Of a DNA stretch of 64,000 nucleotides, positions 42,388 to 52,572 are shown piece after piece. The notes under the pieces are model-generated. The model saw only the letters and a program-made list of their open reading frames with translations. It did not search any database and had not been told where the DNA came from. The position numbers and the translations under genes were made by a program. How positions within the stretch are numbered: the stretch's first letter is position 1; the number at the start of each line of letters is the position of its first letter. Source of the stretch: a virus; IMG/VR virus record IMGVR_UViG_2199352030_000012, positions 89-64,088 of that record; one strand, written 5' to 3'.

Positions 42388-42954
42388 CTATTCGATAGAA
42401 GAGGAAGAGTCGATGTCATTCCAAAAGTCTTCACGCAGGTCTACTGGACGTGTTTCTCTAATCAATGTCATCTTTTGATAGTCGTTTAATTGACCAACTC
42501 TATGCAAATCAACACTTGTCTGAATGATTTGACTACGTAATTTGCCTTTCATGAGTTCTTTAAGCTCATCTACATCACATGTTTTAACAAATTCTTCAAA
42601 ATCTGTTAGGTCAATAGATTCTTCTTCATACATCTCTTCTTCTGTATAATCACTTACACATTCAAAATATGCTTTATATAATCCATCTATATGCAATGCC
42701 CTAGCAATATCCATAATACTTACATCAGGATCATCCACACCACAAATGACAAGACTAAAATTATCAATATATTTACGCATTTTACGTAATTCACCATATG
42801 ATAAGTAATCTGTATCACCTTGCGCTTCAAGTTCGATTACTGTCTCACCAGACGGTGAAGTATAATAGAATCCACCGTGTGAATTATTCATAATCGTAAC
42901 TTCTAAATTACGGTCAATTTGCTTACGTGATCTCTTAATTTGTTTTTCTACCAT
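42388..42954 (-). CDS. hypothetical head-module protein
   Basis: 188 aa ORF immediately after the MCP. Confidence 0.7.
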   Translation of the reverse strand: MVEKQIKRSRKQIDRNLEVTIMNNSHGGFYYTSPSGETVIELEAQGDTDYLSYGELRKMRKYIDNFSLVICGVDDPDVSIMDIARALHIDGLYKAYFECVSDYTEEEMYEEESIDLTDFEEFVKTCDVDELKELMKGKLRSQIIQTSVDLHRVGQLNDYQKMTLIRETRPVDLREDFWNDIDSSSSIE

Positions 42955-42991
42955 TTATACTCTCCCTCTCCCATAGGTAGCAAAACTGAAA

Positions 42992-43972
42992 TTATTTCAG
43001 AGTTGCAACACCAAATACTTTCATTTGCAATACTTCAACGCCAAGTTTTTCTAATGTCTTGAAGCCAAGTTGCATATCGTTGCGATCCATACGATCTGGT
43101 TCGTTGACAATTGTGTCGCCTTCGATAACAACACCAACAATTTTTTCGCCTTCTGGCAATACCAACAATGTTTTGTCGTCAATAGCGAATTCATCTTTTG
43201 AGTTAACAGCTTGTGGAATTTCATAAACAGGAACGCCAGAGATTGTACCAAGGTAGCCAATCTTGTTCATTTCATCTTTCATGTTCCCAGAAGCATCAGC
43301 TAATTTAGCAAGTTTACCCAGACCAAACTTAGTACCATAGATAGCAGCTTTCTTGCCTGAGTGTACTTGAACCAATTCAACTAAGTTCAAAATACCATCA
43401 AGTGAACCATCAACATCTACTTTGTAAGGTGTGTTCAATGCTGAATAAGCTTTGTTCAAAGCAGTACCAATCTTTTCTTCCAAGAAGATAGCAAAACCTT
43501 GAGTGATACGATTTACGAGGTCTGTCCAGTCGATTTCTCCAGCCATGAACTGTTCGAATTCAGCATAGACAGCCATGCCATACCAGTCTGTTTCAATAGT
43601 GAAGTTCTTACCAGTAATGGTCTGACGACGTAGGTCTTGGTTCCCAGCAGCTACATGACCAACACGTAAAATACGAGGGTCTGAAACTTGGAACAAAGGT
43701 TTGTCGTTCAAGCTGACATTACGGATATCTGCTAAGTTTGAAAACTGGTCTGTCAACAATGTTGGCATAACAGCATCAACAGCTGTAGCAATAATCTGGA
43801 ACAATTCTGTCTTATGAGCTTCATATGTGTAGTAGCTTAATTCTTCTCCGCCCATAGCATCTTTAATAGCATTACGCATTGCGTCATTGCCCGAAACACC
43901 TTCGAATTCAAGTGACGAGTTCTTGTAAGTGTCGAGAGCTAATTTACGCAAATCATTACTTTTTACTGACAT
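42992..43972 (-). CDS. major capsid protein (SPbeta YonB-like)
   Basis: 326 aa; 'FADIRNV', 'LRRQ', 'GEIDWTDLV', 'IYGTK'; strong codon bias; follows decoration and protease genes. Confidence 0.85.
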   Translation of the reverse strand: MSVKSNDLRKLALDTYKNSSLEFEGVSGNDAMRNAIKDAMGGEELSYYTYEAHKTELFQIIATAVDAVMPTLLTDQFSNLADIRNVSLNDKPLFQVSDPRILRVGHVAAGNQDLRRQTITGKNFTIETDWYGMAVYAEFEQFMAGEIDWTDLVNRITQGFAIFLEEKIGTALNKAYSALNTPYKVDVDGSLDGILNLVELVQVHSGKKAAIYGTKFGLGKLAKLADASGNMKDEMNKIGYLGTISGVPVYEIPQAVNSKDEFAIDDKTLLVLPEGEKIVGVVIEGDTIVNEPDRMDRNDMQLGFKTLEKLGVEVLQMKVFGVATLK

Positions 43973-44000
43973 AAATTAATTTTCCTTCTCTCTTCTAAAA

Positions 44001-44453
44001 TTAGACAAATGCAACGACTGCAACGTCACCGTCAAAGCCATGTGATTCTGTGCCGATTACTTGAGCAATTGCAGAAGCCTTGTCGACTGCTTTAGCAAAG
44101 CCTAAGCCATCAGCATTAACAGCAACATATTCGCCAACATTAGCACCATGTACAAGATCTTCTGTAACAGAGATAATGTCACCAGCAACTAAGTGATAAC
44201 CACGTCCAGCTTTGCCAGCTGCTAATTCATATGTGTCCAAATCAAAGTGTGGATCGCCATATGAGATAGGTGCGTCTACCAAGAGAACATCTGCACTAGC
44301 ATTATCCTTCGCTTTAACTCCTTCACGCGATTCAAAGTCTTCGTCACTTAAAACGCCTAATTCTACGAATTGACCATTTTTTAATGGTTCAGCAGCAATA
44401 ACTGATTCGATATGTGCTGTCGATGGAATTTTGTCCAAAAATACTTTTGACAT
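44001..44453 (-). CDS. capsid decoration protein
   Basis: 'LKNGQFVELG' and 'GRGYHLVAGDIISVT'; lies between scaffold and MCP. Confidence 0.7.
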   Translation of the reverse strand: MSKVFLDKIPSTAHIESVIAAEPLKNGQFVELGVLSDEDFESREGVKAKDNASADVLLVDAPISYGDPHFDLDTYELAAGKAGRGYHLVAGDIISVTEDLVHGANVGEYVAVNADGLGFAKAVDKASAIAQVIGTESHGFDGDVAVVAFV

Positions 44454-44478
44454 ATTAGTAAAACCTTCCTTTTAATGT

Positions 44479-46155
44479 TTATTTGTGGAACAATTTATTT
44501 GCTGTTCCATAACCGTGATCTTCTTTAGCAGTAAAGTTCACAGCTGGAACTGCATTTGTTGATTCCACAGAAAATTCTTCATTTTGTTCATAAATCGCAA
44601 ATGCAACTTCTTTTTTAACACCAGTAACATCTAAATCTTTGAATTTATCTTGAATAGCTGTGAATTGATCACTTGTAATTTCTTCTTTTGCTTTATCAAG
44701 CACTTCTTGTTTCTTAGCGTTTTCTTCATCAGCTTCATAAGCAGTTAATCGAGCTAATTCTGCTTTCAAAGATTCAACTTCTGCACGTTGATCTTCAATT
44801 TCTTGTTTTTCTTGTGCAGTGATATATTCTGGGAATACTTCAACTTCTTTACCAATGACCACATTTAAATCTGCGTCAATACTATACTTAGCATCAAAAT
44901 ATTGTTCACTCATACCATTTTCTGTATATGTGTCATATTCATAAACTACATGGTCTTCATAAATATCATTTACATAGACTTCATGATCCCAGTCGCCATG
45001 TTTAGCACGAACTGCTTTACGTACAGCATCAATTTTGTCTACTAACGTAGCTTCGAACTCTTCATACGAGAATGATTCTGTTCCAGTGTCCCCACTTTCT
45101 GAACCACTTTCGCCACTACCAGATTCTGGATCACCATCACTTTCTGATGTACCGTCATCAGCCCCAGAAGCACCGTCTGTTGGATTTTCTCCTTCTTCTG
45201 GTGTTTCTGTACCGCCTTCACCATTTTCTCCGTCATTACCTTCTTCTGGGGTCTCTGGTTCAGTTGGTTGTTCTGGCTCCTTATTATCATCACCGTCGCC
45301 TTCGCCTGGTACTGGTTCGGGAGTAGGCTCTGGGTCTTTTCCATCGCCTTCATCCCCGCCATTCCCTTCATCAGGATTTGTTGGCTCTGGTTCTTCTGGC
45401 TCAGTCGGTTCAGAAGGCTCTGTTGGCTCAACAGGAGTTTTTGTCTCGTCATCATCATTATTCTGATCATGAATTTGATTCTTTTTCTTCAACTCTTCTT
45501 CTGTGTCCAATGCATACGCTCCTTTCTCGGCTGTAAATTCAGCCAGCATTTCTTGTATTGATGACTTAACGTCGTCTTTACCAAATTCAATTGATACAGT
45601 AGAACCCGTCATAGCAGGTGTTGTATCGTCCCCTAAGATACATAAGCCAGCAAAAGTAGCATTTGTAAATACCATTCTGCCTTCTTCATCTACATATCCT
45701 TCGGGATCTCTAATTTCCATTGACTGTCCTTTTGAACCATCAGCCTCTGCAAAGATGTTAATTGCGTCATTAAAACGTGTCCATAAATATCCATCACAAA
45801 CTAACCATTCTTTTCCACCAGTAATCTCGAAATGAGCATTGGCATCTTTTGGAACAAAGCCATATGGTCTTGTATCAAATGAAACTTCAATATCATTACC
45901 ATTCCATTTAATACGTTTCTCGTGTCCACCAAAATCTTTCTCATCGTCACCAGTATTCTTTACATAACCTAGAATGGGAATATAAGGTAGTGAAGATGAA
46001 ATATTTTCTAAAGCTTCACGAGTAAATATCGAATTATTTAAGTTTTCGCCTGTATGTGCCACATAAATTTTCACTTTCAAGAAGCGATCATCTATGTTAG
46101 CGCTTTCATTTTCTTCGAAATGAGTAGGTAGACGAACTTGTTTTACACTAATCAA
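44479..46155 (-). CDS. prohead protease/scaffold (YonD-like) with acidic low-complexity linker
   Basis: 'VAHTGENLNNS', 'DFGGH', 'GYLW', 'QSMEI', 'GLCILG...PAM'. Confidence 0.85.
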   Translation of the reverse strand: MISVKQVRLPTHFEENESANIDDRFLKVKIYVAHTGENLNNSIFTREALENISSSLPYIPILGYVKNTGDDEKDFGGHEKRIKWNGNDIEVSFDTRPYGFVPKDANAHFEITGGKEWLVCDGYLWTRFNDAINIFAEADGSKGQSMEIRDPEGYVDEEGRMVFTNATFAGLCILGDDTTPAMTGSTVSIEFGKDDVKSSIQEMLAEFTAEKGAYALDTEEELKKKNQIHDQNNDDDETKTPVEPTEPSEPTEPEEPEPTNPDEGNGGDEGDGKDPEPTPEPVPGEGDGDDNKEPEQPTEPETPEEGNDGENGEGGTETPEEGENPTDGASGADDGTSESDGDPESGSGESGSESGDTGTESFSYEEFEATLVDKIDAVRKAVRAKHGDWDHEVYVNDIYEDHVVYEYDTYTENGMSEQYFDAKYSIDADLNVVIGKEVEVFPEYITAQEKQEIEDQRAEVESLKAELARLTAYEADEENAKKQEVLDKAKEEITSDQFTAIQDKFKDLDVTGVKKEVAFAIYEQNEEFSVESTNAVPAVNFTAKEDHGYGTANKLFHK

Positions 46156-46175
46156 TGTTTAATTCACCTTCTTTG

Positions 46176-47735
46176 CTAATTACTATCATTTATACGATCT
46201 GTATCATCTGTAGGTTCATCAGTAGTTGGTCTCCCAACTTCTTGAGCATTAGGGTCTAATTTATTATTTAATTTCTTCGCATTTGGTTTATTTTGCGTCT
46301 GTTGAGCAGTAGCAGCAGAAATTGTATTTGATGTAGGTTTAACAACCATAATCGAATCAATATCCAATACTTGTTGCTCAAATTTAAGCTTAGAGTAAAC
46401 TTCTGCTGGTTCGAAACCACATGCTGCAAGATAATCTAGTCTTGACCCACCATATGATAATTGATCTTTTAAATTAGCAATATCGTCTTTCAAAGTGAAT
46501 TGTGATTGACGAATAAATTTAATATGCCAAGGAATCTTGGTACTTGTCTTGACATTTTTTAACAACTCATAGTTGTAATAGTTCTCTAACATCGGGAATA
46601 AATTAGTATAAATCCAATTTGCTTCCTTCTTAATTTCTTCTTTGATAATGTTCGAACTAGTTGTATTCCCACCAAATAATGAAGAACTAACACCTAGACT
46701 GTAGAACAGTTGCTCATTTGCTTTATTTACTGTGTCATATACACCTGCGTTACCTGAGCCTGTTAAAGGTACATTATCAATATTGTTAGGAGAACTGATA
46801 GCCACAACGCCATCCGGCAAATTCTTACGCATCTGTGAATCAAATATCTTAGCAGTCTTCAAGTTCATTGTAGGAACACCATCTGAATCAGTTGGGATCT
46901 TAGAATGAATAAGACGAATCGTATCTAAGTTATCTTTAATATCCACATTGTCTTTTGCATTTTGTAATGATAGATTATCTATCAACATTCCAGCAAATGG
47001 AGAAATAGCGACGCCACCATTTGTTAGTGCATTAGGGTCTAGCGTAAATGCTGCACCTTTGTCACCAACAAAGTACCATTTACCGTCGTACCATTTCTTA
47101 CCATCGTCATCTCTAGCTTTACCAGCGTTATAATCGTCCATTGCCGTCTGTATTTCTTTTGGCATTGAGTCATAAATTTCTGACCTAAACTTAGAAACAT
47201 CAATCATAAAGCGATAAACACCTTGGTCTAAAGCTCTAATTTTGCACCATTCAACAGGGAATTTCATATAGGCAATGCCCTTCGAGTCTGTAATCTTATA
47301 TTGATAAGTGACTCCAGTTTTTAACATTTCCTTGAAGAAATATGGTGCAAAGAATTTGATATTATATTGGCTTAGAGTATATGCAACATCAATGAAGTCA
47401 TTTGACATGTTACCAGAGAAATCATATAACTTATTCCCTAATACAGGTGAGATTGTATGATTATATGTTGGTATTGATTGGTAGAGTTGTAATACCTTTT
47501 CAAACGTTCCAGATTTAATCGACGCATCTTCCAAAGCACTTGCAATGTTAGCCGCATTATCATATGGACGTTCAAGGTAATTACCAATTGTACTCTTATC
47601 ACTTGCTACACTAGAAGTTGCTTTTAATCTACCTTTAGGATCTGCTACAGAAGAAGCAAAATCTTGCATTTTTGAGTTGCGCTCTTGTTGCTTAGATATT
47701 CGCTTATTACGTGCAGACCTATTCTTGTTGCTCAA
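46176..47735 (-). CDS. portal protein
   Basis: 519 aa between terL and the protease; C-terminal 'VGRPT'. Confidence 0.8.
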   Translation of the reverse strand: MSNKNRSARNKRISKQQERNSKMQDFASSVADPKGRLKATSSVASDKSTIGNYLERPYDNAANIASALEDASIKSGTFEKVLQLYQSIPTYNHTISPVLGNKLYDFSGNMSNDFIDVAYTLSQYNIKFFAPYFFKEMLKTGVTYQYKITDSKGIAYMKFPVEWCKIRALDQGVYRFMIDVSKFRSEIYDSMPKEIQTAMDDYNAGKARDDDGKKWYDGKWYFVGDKGAAFTLDPNALTNGGVAISPFAGMLIDNLSLQNAKDNVDIKDNLDTIRLIHSKIPTDSDGVPTMNLKTAKIFDSQMRKNLPDGVVAISSPNNIDNVPLTGSGNAGVYDTVNKANEQLFYSLGVSSSLFGGNTTSSNIIKEEIKKEANWIYTNLFPMLENYYNYELLKNVKTSTKIPWHIKFIRQSQFTLKDDIANLKDQLSYGGSRLDYLAACGFEPAEVYSKLKFEQQVLDIDSIMVVKPTSNTISAATAQQTQNKPNAKKLNNKLDPNAQEVGRPTTDEPTDDTDRINDSN

Positions 47736-47770
47736 TTGTCAAATCACCTGCTTTCTTTAATGAATTGGAT

Positions 47771-50056
47771 TTAAATCATGTAAAAGTCGAGTAAATTTTC
47801 ACCCGTATTATCATCTTTTAATTGTTTCTCCAATTCACTAGCATAGTAATTCCCATATGCAATTGAGGAGAATCTATCTTTTGTTGTTGTACCAACTTCG
47901 TGAATTCTGATCTTACCACCACGAACATCATATTCAAGATTTATAAGCTCATTAACAAGCGCTGTGGCTTGCTGATAAGGATATAACAAACGTGCTTGCT
48001 CTGTTGGCGATTTCTTTAAGAAACTACCTTGTTCAACAAAGTCTTCACGTTTTTGAATATCATTCATTGGTAATCGTAATTTTCCTGTTTCAATAACATT
48101 CTTTAATGATACCGAAATCTCATGGTTAAATTCTGGACTGGCTTTAACGGTGTAAACAATTTTCAAACCTTTTGAGTTAGTTCTTTCATTGGTTGCGTCA
48201 TCGTTAATCGAAGCCCATGCTGGGTATTCAACATCACGTTTCTCGTCGTATAGAATACTTGCACACGAATCAAATACTCCAAGTCCATTACCATTGGCAT
48301 CCATTACTACATAATCAGCCTCAAAGTCGTTATATAATTGTTTTAATCTAATAGCTAGATTTTGACTTGATATTGACTCTTGAATACTTTCAAGATAAAC
48401 AACATCACGTCTATAATTTGTTCCATCTTTAATCAATCTAATTAACGTAAACGCCGACGTATCGTTTTTAACATTCTTATTACCACCCATTAAGGCGATA
48501 TCAAGAGAAATCAATCTGATTTCATTATCCTTATCAACACGTGGCATATTAGACAATTTTTTAGGCTTAGATCTTGCTTGATTTTCTACATATTCTTGAT
48601 CAGTTGGAGGTCTAAATGTTTTATTTACCGTTCGAACTTTATTCAGAGGATCAAGTTTAAAATATGCTTTATCATTTTCACCAACGAACATGGCTTCATA
48701 TTCCATATCAAAACCAGTTTGGTCAAAATTATCAGCTAATCGGTCATTACGAACACGATTCTTTGATAATAATTTATGGAAAATTGATAATTGGTAAGGT
48801 AACACAGCTACAAAGTAGTTATGCCCCTTTAGCATCTCTTTCAAATATTTTTGAAATTCGTCCCAGATCCAATGCGATTTATACCAAGCAGATGAAATGT
48901 AAACCTCTTTGTTTTCTTCACCAGTATCATAATTAGCATATTCAGGCTTTAGTAAGAAGTGTGGTTGTCTATTAACGTTTAACATAGGTTTTAAAACCTT
49001 ATCTACAATGTCTTTATCAACAAGTCTAAACTCATCAACAATCAACATATTACAACGCAAACCACGAGAATTATCATTACTTGTTTCAGCACTAACACGT
49101 GAACCATTTTTAAACACAATAGAGGTATCATTAATTGACGTCCTAATATGTTCTTTCTCAGTACCAACTTCAAATCTAATAGCTGGATAATCATGGTAAA
49201 GTGTTAACATTTTTTCTGTAATAATCTTCTTTGCTTGGCCTCTTGTCAGTTTTGTTATCCTAGAAGTTTTTTATCTTCTAGTTCTTATAGTTTCCTATAA
49301 GCTCGGCATACCTTTTCATCTACTAGAGATGACACAGCCTCTTGATGGAAAATTATATTCTCTAACGAGTTTCATCCATTATGCTCTGCACCTGACTAAA
49401 ATTTTAAATTTAGCCTTCAGCTCTGATTACCATATCTTACGACTTAGGCTCCCAGTATATTTTCTGTGTTAATGATCTAAATCATCACTAATTTAGACGG
49501 CAATTATTTACCTGAGGCGACCACAATACGTGTACCTGGATATAAAATACAACGAATATATATTTCGATGGCTACAATGAAACTTTTCCCTTGCATAATG
49601 TTATTTCAACAGTTTTTTATCTGTCTACTCTTATAATTTCTCATAAGTTCGGCATACCTTTTTAACCATTCATGTCGATTGGGCTAGTTCGATCTCTTGG
49701 TAGGATTATATTCTCTAAAGAGTTTCACCTACTATGCTCTGCGTGTGACTAAGCTTTTAAACTTAGCCTTCCACTCTGATTACCATTCAAGGCTTCCAGC
49801 TGTGTATCGGACTCATAATGATCATCATTCCTGATGAAAACGGCTAGGGTTAACCACGTGCTGCAATGTACATAAAGTTATCATACTTGCTCATCATATA
49901 TATTAGGATCTTCTGATAAAGATAGAGTTTAATTCCAAGATAGTCCCTAACAAATAAATGTGGATTTCTTCTCCAATATCCAACCCATTCCATGAGATTT
50001 TCTTCTCTTTTTTCGAAATAGTTTTGTGTGGGTTTTTTCTTATTCCGTTCCGTCAT
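47771..50056 (-). CDS. terL: terminase large subunit, spliced: exon 1 49853..50056, exon 2 49510..49593, exon 3 47771..49246 (587 aa)
   Basis: Spliced product gives Walker A 'AARG|QGKS', 'IVVASG|TRGQA', Walker B 'LIVDEFR', nuclease 'SLDIA' and 'KDRFSS'. Confidence 0.93.
49247..49509 (-). ncRNA. group I intron 2 of terL (263 nt, ORF-less)
   Basis: Exon ends GGU pairing with GCC; terminal G before ACA; P7 'CAGAGCAUA' / 'AGGUAUGCC'. Confidence 0.9.
49594..49852 (-). ncRNA. group I intron 1 of terL (259 nt, ORF-less)
   Basis: Exon ends UGGU pairing with GCCG; P10 CCCU/AGGG; terminal G before CAA; same P7 variant as intron 2. Confidence 0.9.
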
Positions 50057-50849
50057 ATAAGCTAGACACCTCTTCTTCGGTTGCCTGACCAAATGTGCGT
50101 TTCATAGGAATAATGAACCACTTTTGGATATATTGTTTAACACCACTCACATCTTCAAATTCATCTTTGTCTGGGATAGGTTTATTATCTTCCCAGTGTT
50201 GAATTCTTTCACCAAGACTTTGTGATCCGTTATCTTTGGCATTAAGGACTGAATCAAAGCCTAAATCTTTTAAATCATCATTATATGTTTTACGTAAATT
50301 AGGAATTGTTTTTGCGTCCCCATCTTGTAAGGCTTGGTTTAAAACATATTCCAATTTAACATTTTGAATATATCGTTTTAATTCAAATTGAGTTTTTGGT
50401 TCTTTAATAGCAATCAGATTTTTGAGTTGAGATTCGAAATATGAATATTCATCATCTTTATAATCTTTACCCCATTTTTCTGCCATTTCTTCGGCAGTTG
50501 TCATGTTGCTTTCAGAAACATCTTCATCGTTTGCATGTGAAAATATTGAATCAGAATAAAGCTTGACGTCTTTTCGCAATGCGTAATAACGCAAATAATG
50601 ACCCATATTAGGATCATCTTCTTCAAGAACTACTTTATCTACAATTTCTTGTACGTATGCAATGTTTAAAAATTGGCACATACGTCTTACCGATTCATTA
50701 TCATTAAGATCTGTACGTTCATTAGCACAGTCTTTACAAACGACGAACCCTTCTTTTAAATATTCATTATTATTGTTTGTGCATTGGTTAATACGCCTTG
50801 TTTGTCCACATATAACGCATATGTGTTCAATCTTTGGTCTTCTACCCAT
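50040..50849 (-). CDS. Zn-finger protein, probable terminase small subunit
   Basis: CxxC...CxxC N-terminus; overlaps the terL start. Confidence 0.65.
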   Translation of the reverse strand: MGRRPKIEHICVICGQTRRINQCTNNNNEYLKEGFVVCKDCANERTDLNDNESVRRMCQFLNIAYVQEIVDKVVLEEDDPNMGHYLRYYALRKDVKLYSDSIFSHANDEDVSESNMTTAEEMAEKWGKDYKDDEYSYFESQLKNLIAIKEPKTQFELKRYIQNVKLEYVLNQALQDGDAKTIPNLRKTYNDDLKDLGFDSVLNAKDNGSQSLGERIQHWEDNKPIPDKDEFEDVSGVKQYIQKWFIIPMKRTFGQATEEEVSSLYDGTE

Positions 50850-51052
50850 TACATATCACCTGCTTTAATTACCAATAAACCCTTCATTAGGTTTTCTTTA
50901 GCATTAACAAGATGATCTAAGGTATCAGCATACCTTTGCATGTCTGCCATAACATGAATATTCATATCTTTTTTCTGTGTAATATCGATTTGATCGAGTA
51001 CAAAATCAATTTGATGTTGGAGACGTGCAATTTCATCTGTGATGATTATCAC
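50849..51052 (-). CDS. small hypothetical protein
   Basis: AAAGGA RBS with GTG start; coupled to the next gene. Confidence 0.6.
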   Translation of the reverse strand: MIIITDEIARLQHQIDFVLDQIDITQKKDMNIHVMADMQRYADTLDHLVNAKENLMKGLLVIKAGDM

Positions 51053-51276
51053 GTCCTTTTCTAGCAGACCGTTTGTGTATCTGTTTTCAACGCTGATAGT
51101 TCAATGACAAGAACATTTTTTATTTAAAGGAGGCGTTCTCATTCCTATCAACGTTCAAAACAGATACACAGTTGAGTGCATCTGCAATTATGAATAAAAT
51201 CAGACTATTACAAACCAATCCGATAGTCTGGCGTGGATTTTTACAGCTGTACAACTGATGGAGGAGGTTATAATAT

Positions 51277-51886
51277 TTGAAGTAGGGATTATTTTAGTTG
51301 CATTCCCCACTAGCAACACATATTTGATTGAGTGGTAATTACTTTTCTGTCTGCAATCAAGACTATTGTGGCATTATCCACACTCAATGTATCTGGTTTT
51401 ATCGTTGCCAGCCAACTATCCCAATTAAGGAACCCACCCAATCGACAACTAAGCATCCCATTTTATAGGAAATTAGGCTAACCCTAACACCAGATACGCT
51501 GATCTGATAAACATATCCATGTAATACGCTCATGGCAGCTACTATTCCTCAATAGCAAAACTACTTAGTTATCTCGATGTATTAGGACAATCTTTTATGG
51601 TGAGATTGTAAGAACCTACTATTGTAAAAGCCTTTTAATAGGTAGCGTAACCTACATTTGAAGTGTTTTCGTCAGTTCGAGATGTTCACACCAAACCCTT
51701 CAAAGGCTCATATATCAGTCTTTTCACTGACCGACCAATATAATCATCGCCAAATAGCTTTCTTTGAAGTTGCGCTATATACAACTCTTATCAAACCAAA
51801 AGGCGTTTTCTTTATAAACGTTATCGCCCTACGTTTTTCAAGTCCAACTAAGGTATGGATACACCAGCCGCACAGCAGCTCTTCAA
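51277..51886 (-). ncRNA. ROOL-like large ornate ncRNA (about 610 nt)
   Basis: ORF-free, hairpin-dense segment; 5' UUGAAG pairs with 3' CUUCAA; motifs 'GCUAUUGAGGAAUAGUAGC', 'GUUGGCUGGCAACGAUAAAA' and 'GAGUG...AAAAGUAAUUACCACUC' match my recollection of the ROOL 3' domain. Confidence 0.75.
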
Positions 51887-51895
51887 AAACTTAAT

Positions 51896-52162
51896 TTAAA
51901 TAGACTTCGAAATTTTAGCCTTGTGAGCAAAATGTTCTGGTGTTGTTACTGTTTCGCCAGAGAAGCCTAATACACGTGTCTTTTCTGGTACAAGGACTGA
52001 TTCAAACTTACCAAAGCCTGTTAATTGCAATGTTGAATTTTCAGCATATACATCCTTGATACCATCAATCACCAATTCCAATGCAGCTTTTGCATCTTTC
52101 TTTGTGATTTCACCTTTATCGGCTAAACGTGCTACGAATTCTTGTTTGTTAATCTCTGTCAT
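51896..52162 (-). CDS. hup: HU family DNA-binding protein
   Basis: 'INKQEFVARLADKGEITKKDAKAALE...LQLTGFGKFE'. Confidence 0.92.
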   Translation of the reverse strand: MTEINKQEFVARLADKGEITKKDAKAALELVIDGIKDVYAENSTLQLTGFGKFESVLVPEKTRVLGFSGETVTTPEHFAHKAKISKSI

Positions 52163-52572
52163 GTTAATACTCTCTCCCTCACTCAAATTTATATGACATT
52201 GTTAGCATGTTGTTTAATGTCGTCAGCTAATCATTCGACAATGCTGTCTGTTCTTACTGAACTTCCACAGGAACTCCTCTGCCATATAGGTCTTACATGG
52301 ATATTTACTGGGCTAACCCCACTGACATAGCGGTTTATGTATGGAAAGACGTGCTCTGGGCAACATTATTAAGAGGTTCGGCACGTACTGTTATGTAGTC
52401 GCGCAAGTCCCCGTAGAGATACTTGCGCTTATGTAGTCCAACATTTCTGTCGGACGAGCAGGAATAAACACAAAGTTTATTTTATTTATATGTTGAGGTA
52501 CGTCATTACTTTTCTATTATAGTTAAAACAGATATTTTAACAACATATCCCTTCATTAAAGTTCTCTTTAAA

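Noticed and set aside
45035..45561. Overlapping Ser/Pro-rich ORFs
   Set aside because: Shadow frames of the acidic low-complexity linker in the protease/scaffold gene
47771..50092. terL as fragmented separate genes
   Set aside because: Two introns account for the breaks and rebuild Walker A
51658..51894. 78-aa + strand ORF
   Set aside because: No RBS; antisense to the ROOL-like RNA
51060..52500. tRNA genes near ROOL
   Set aside because: No cloverleaf with a T-arm GTTCRA in proper context was found by eye; tRNAscan-SE would settle it
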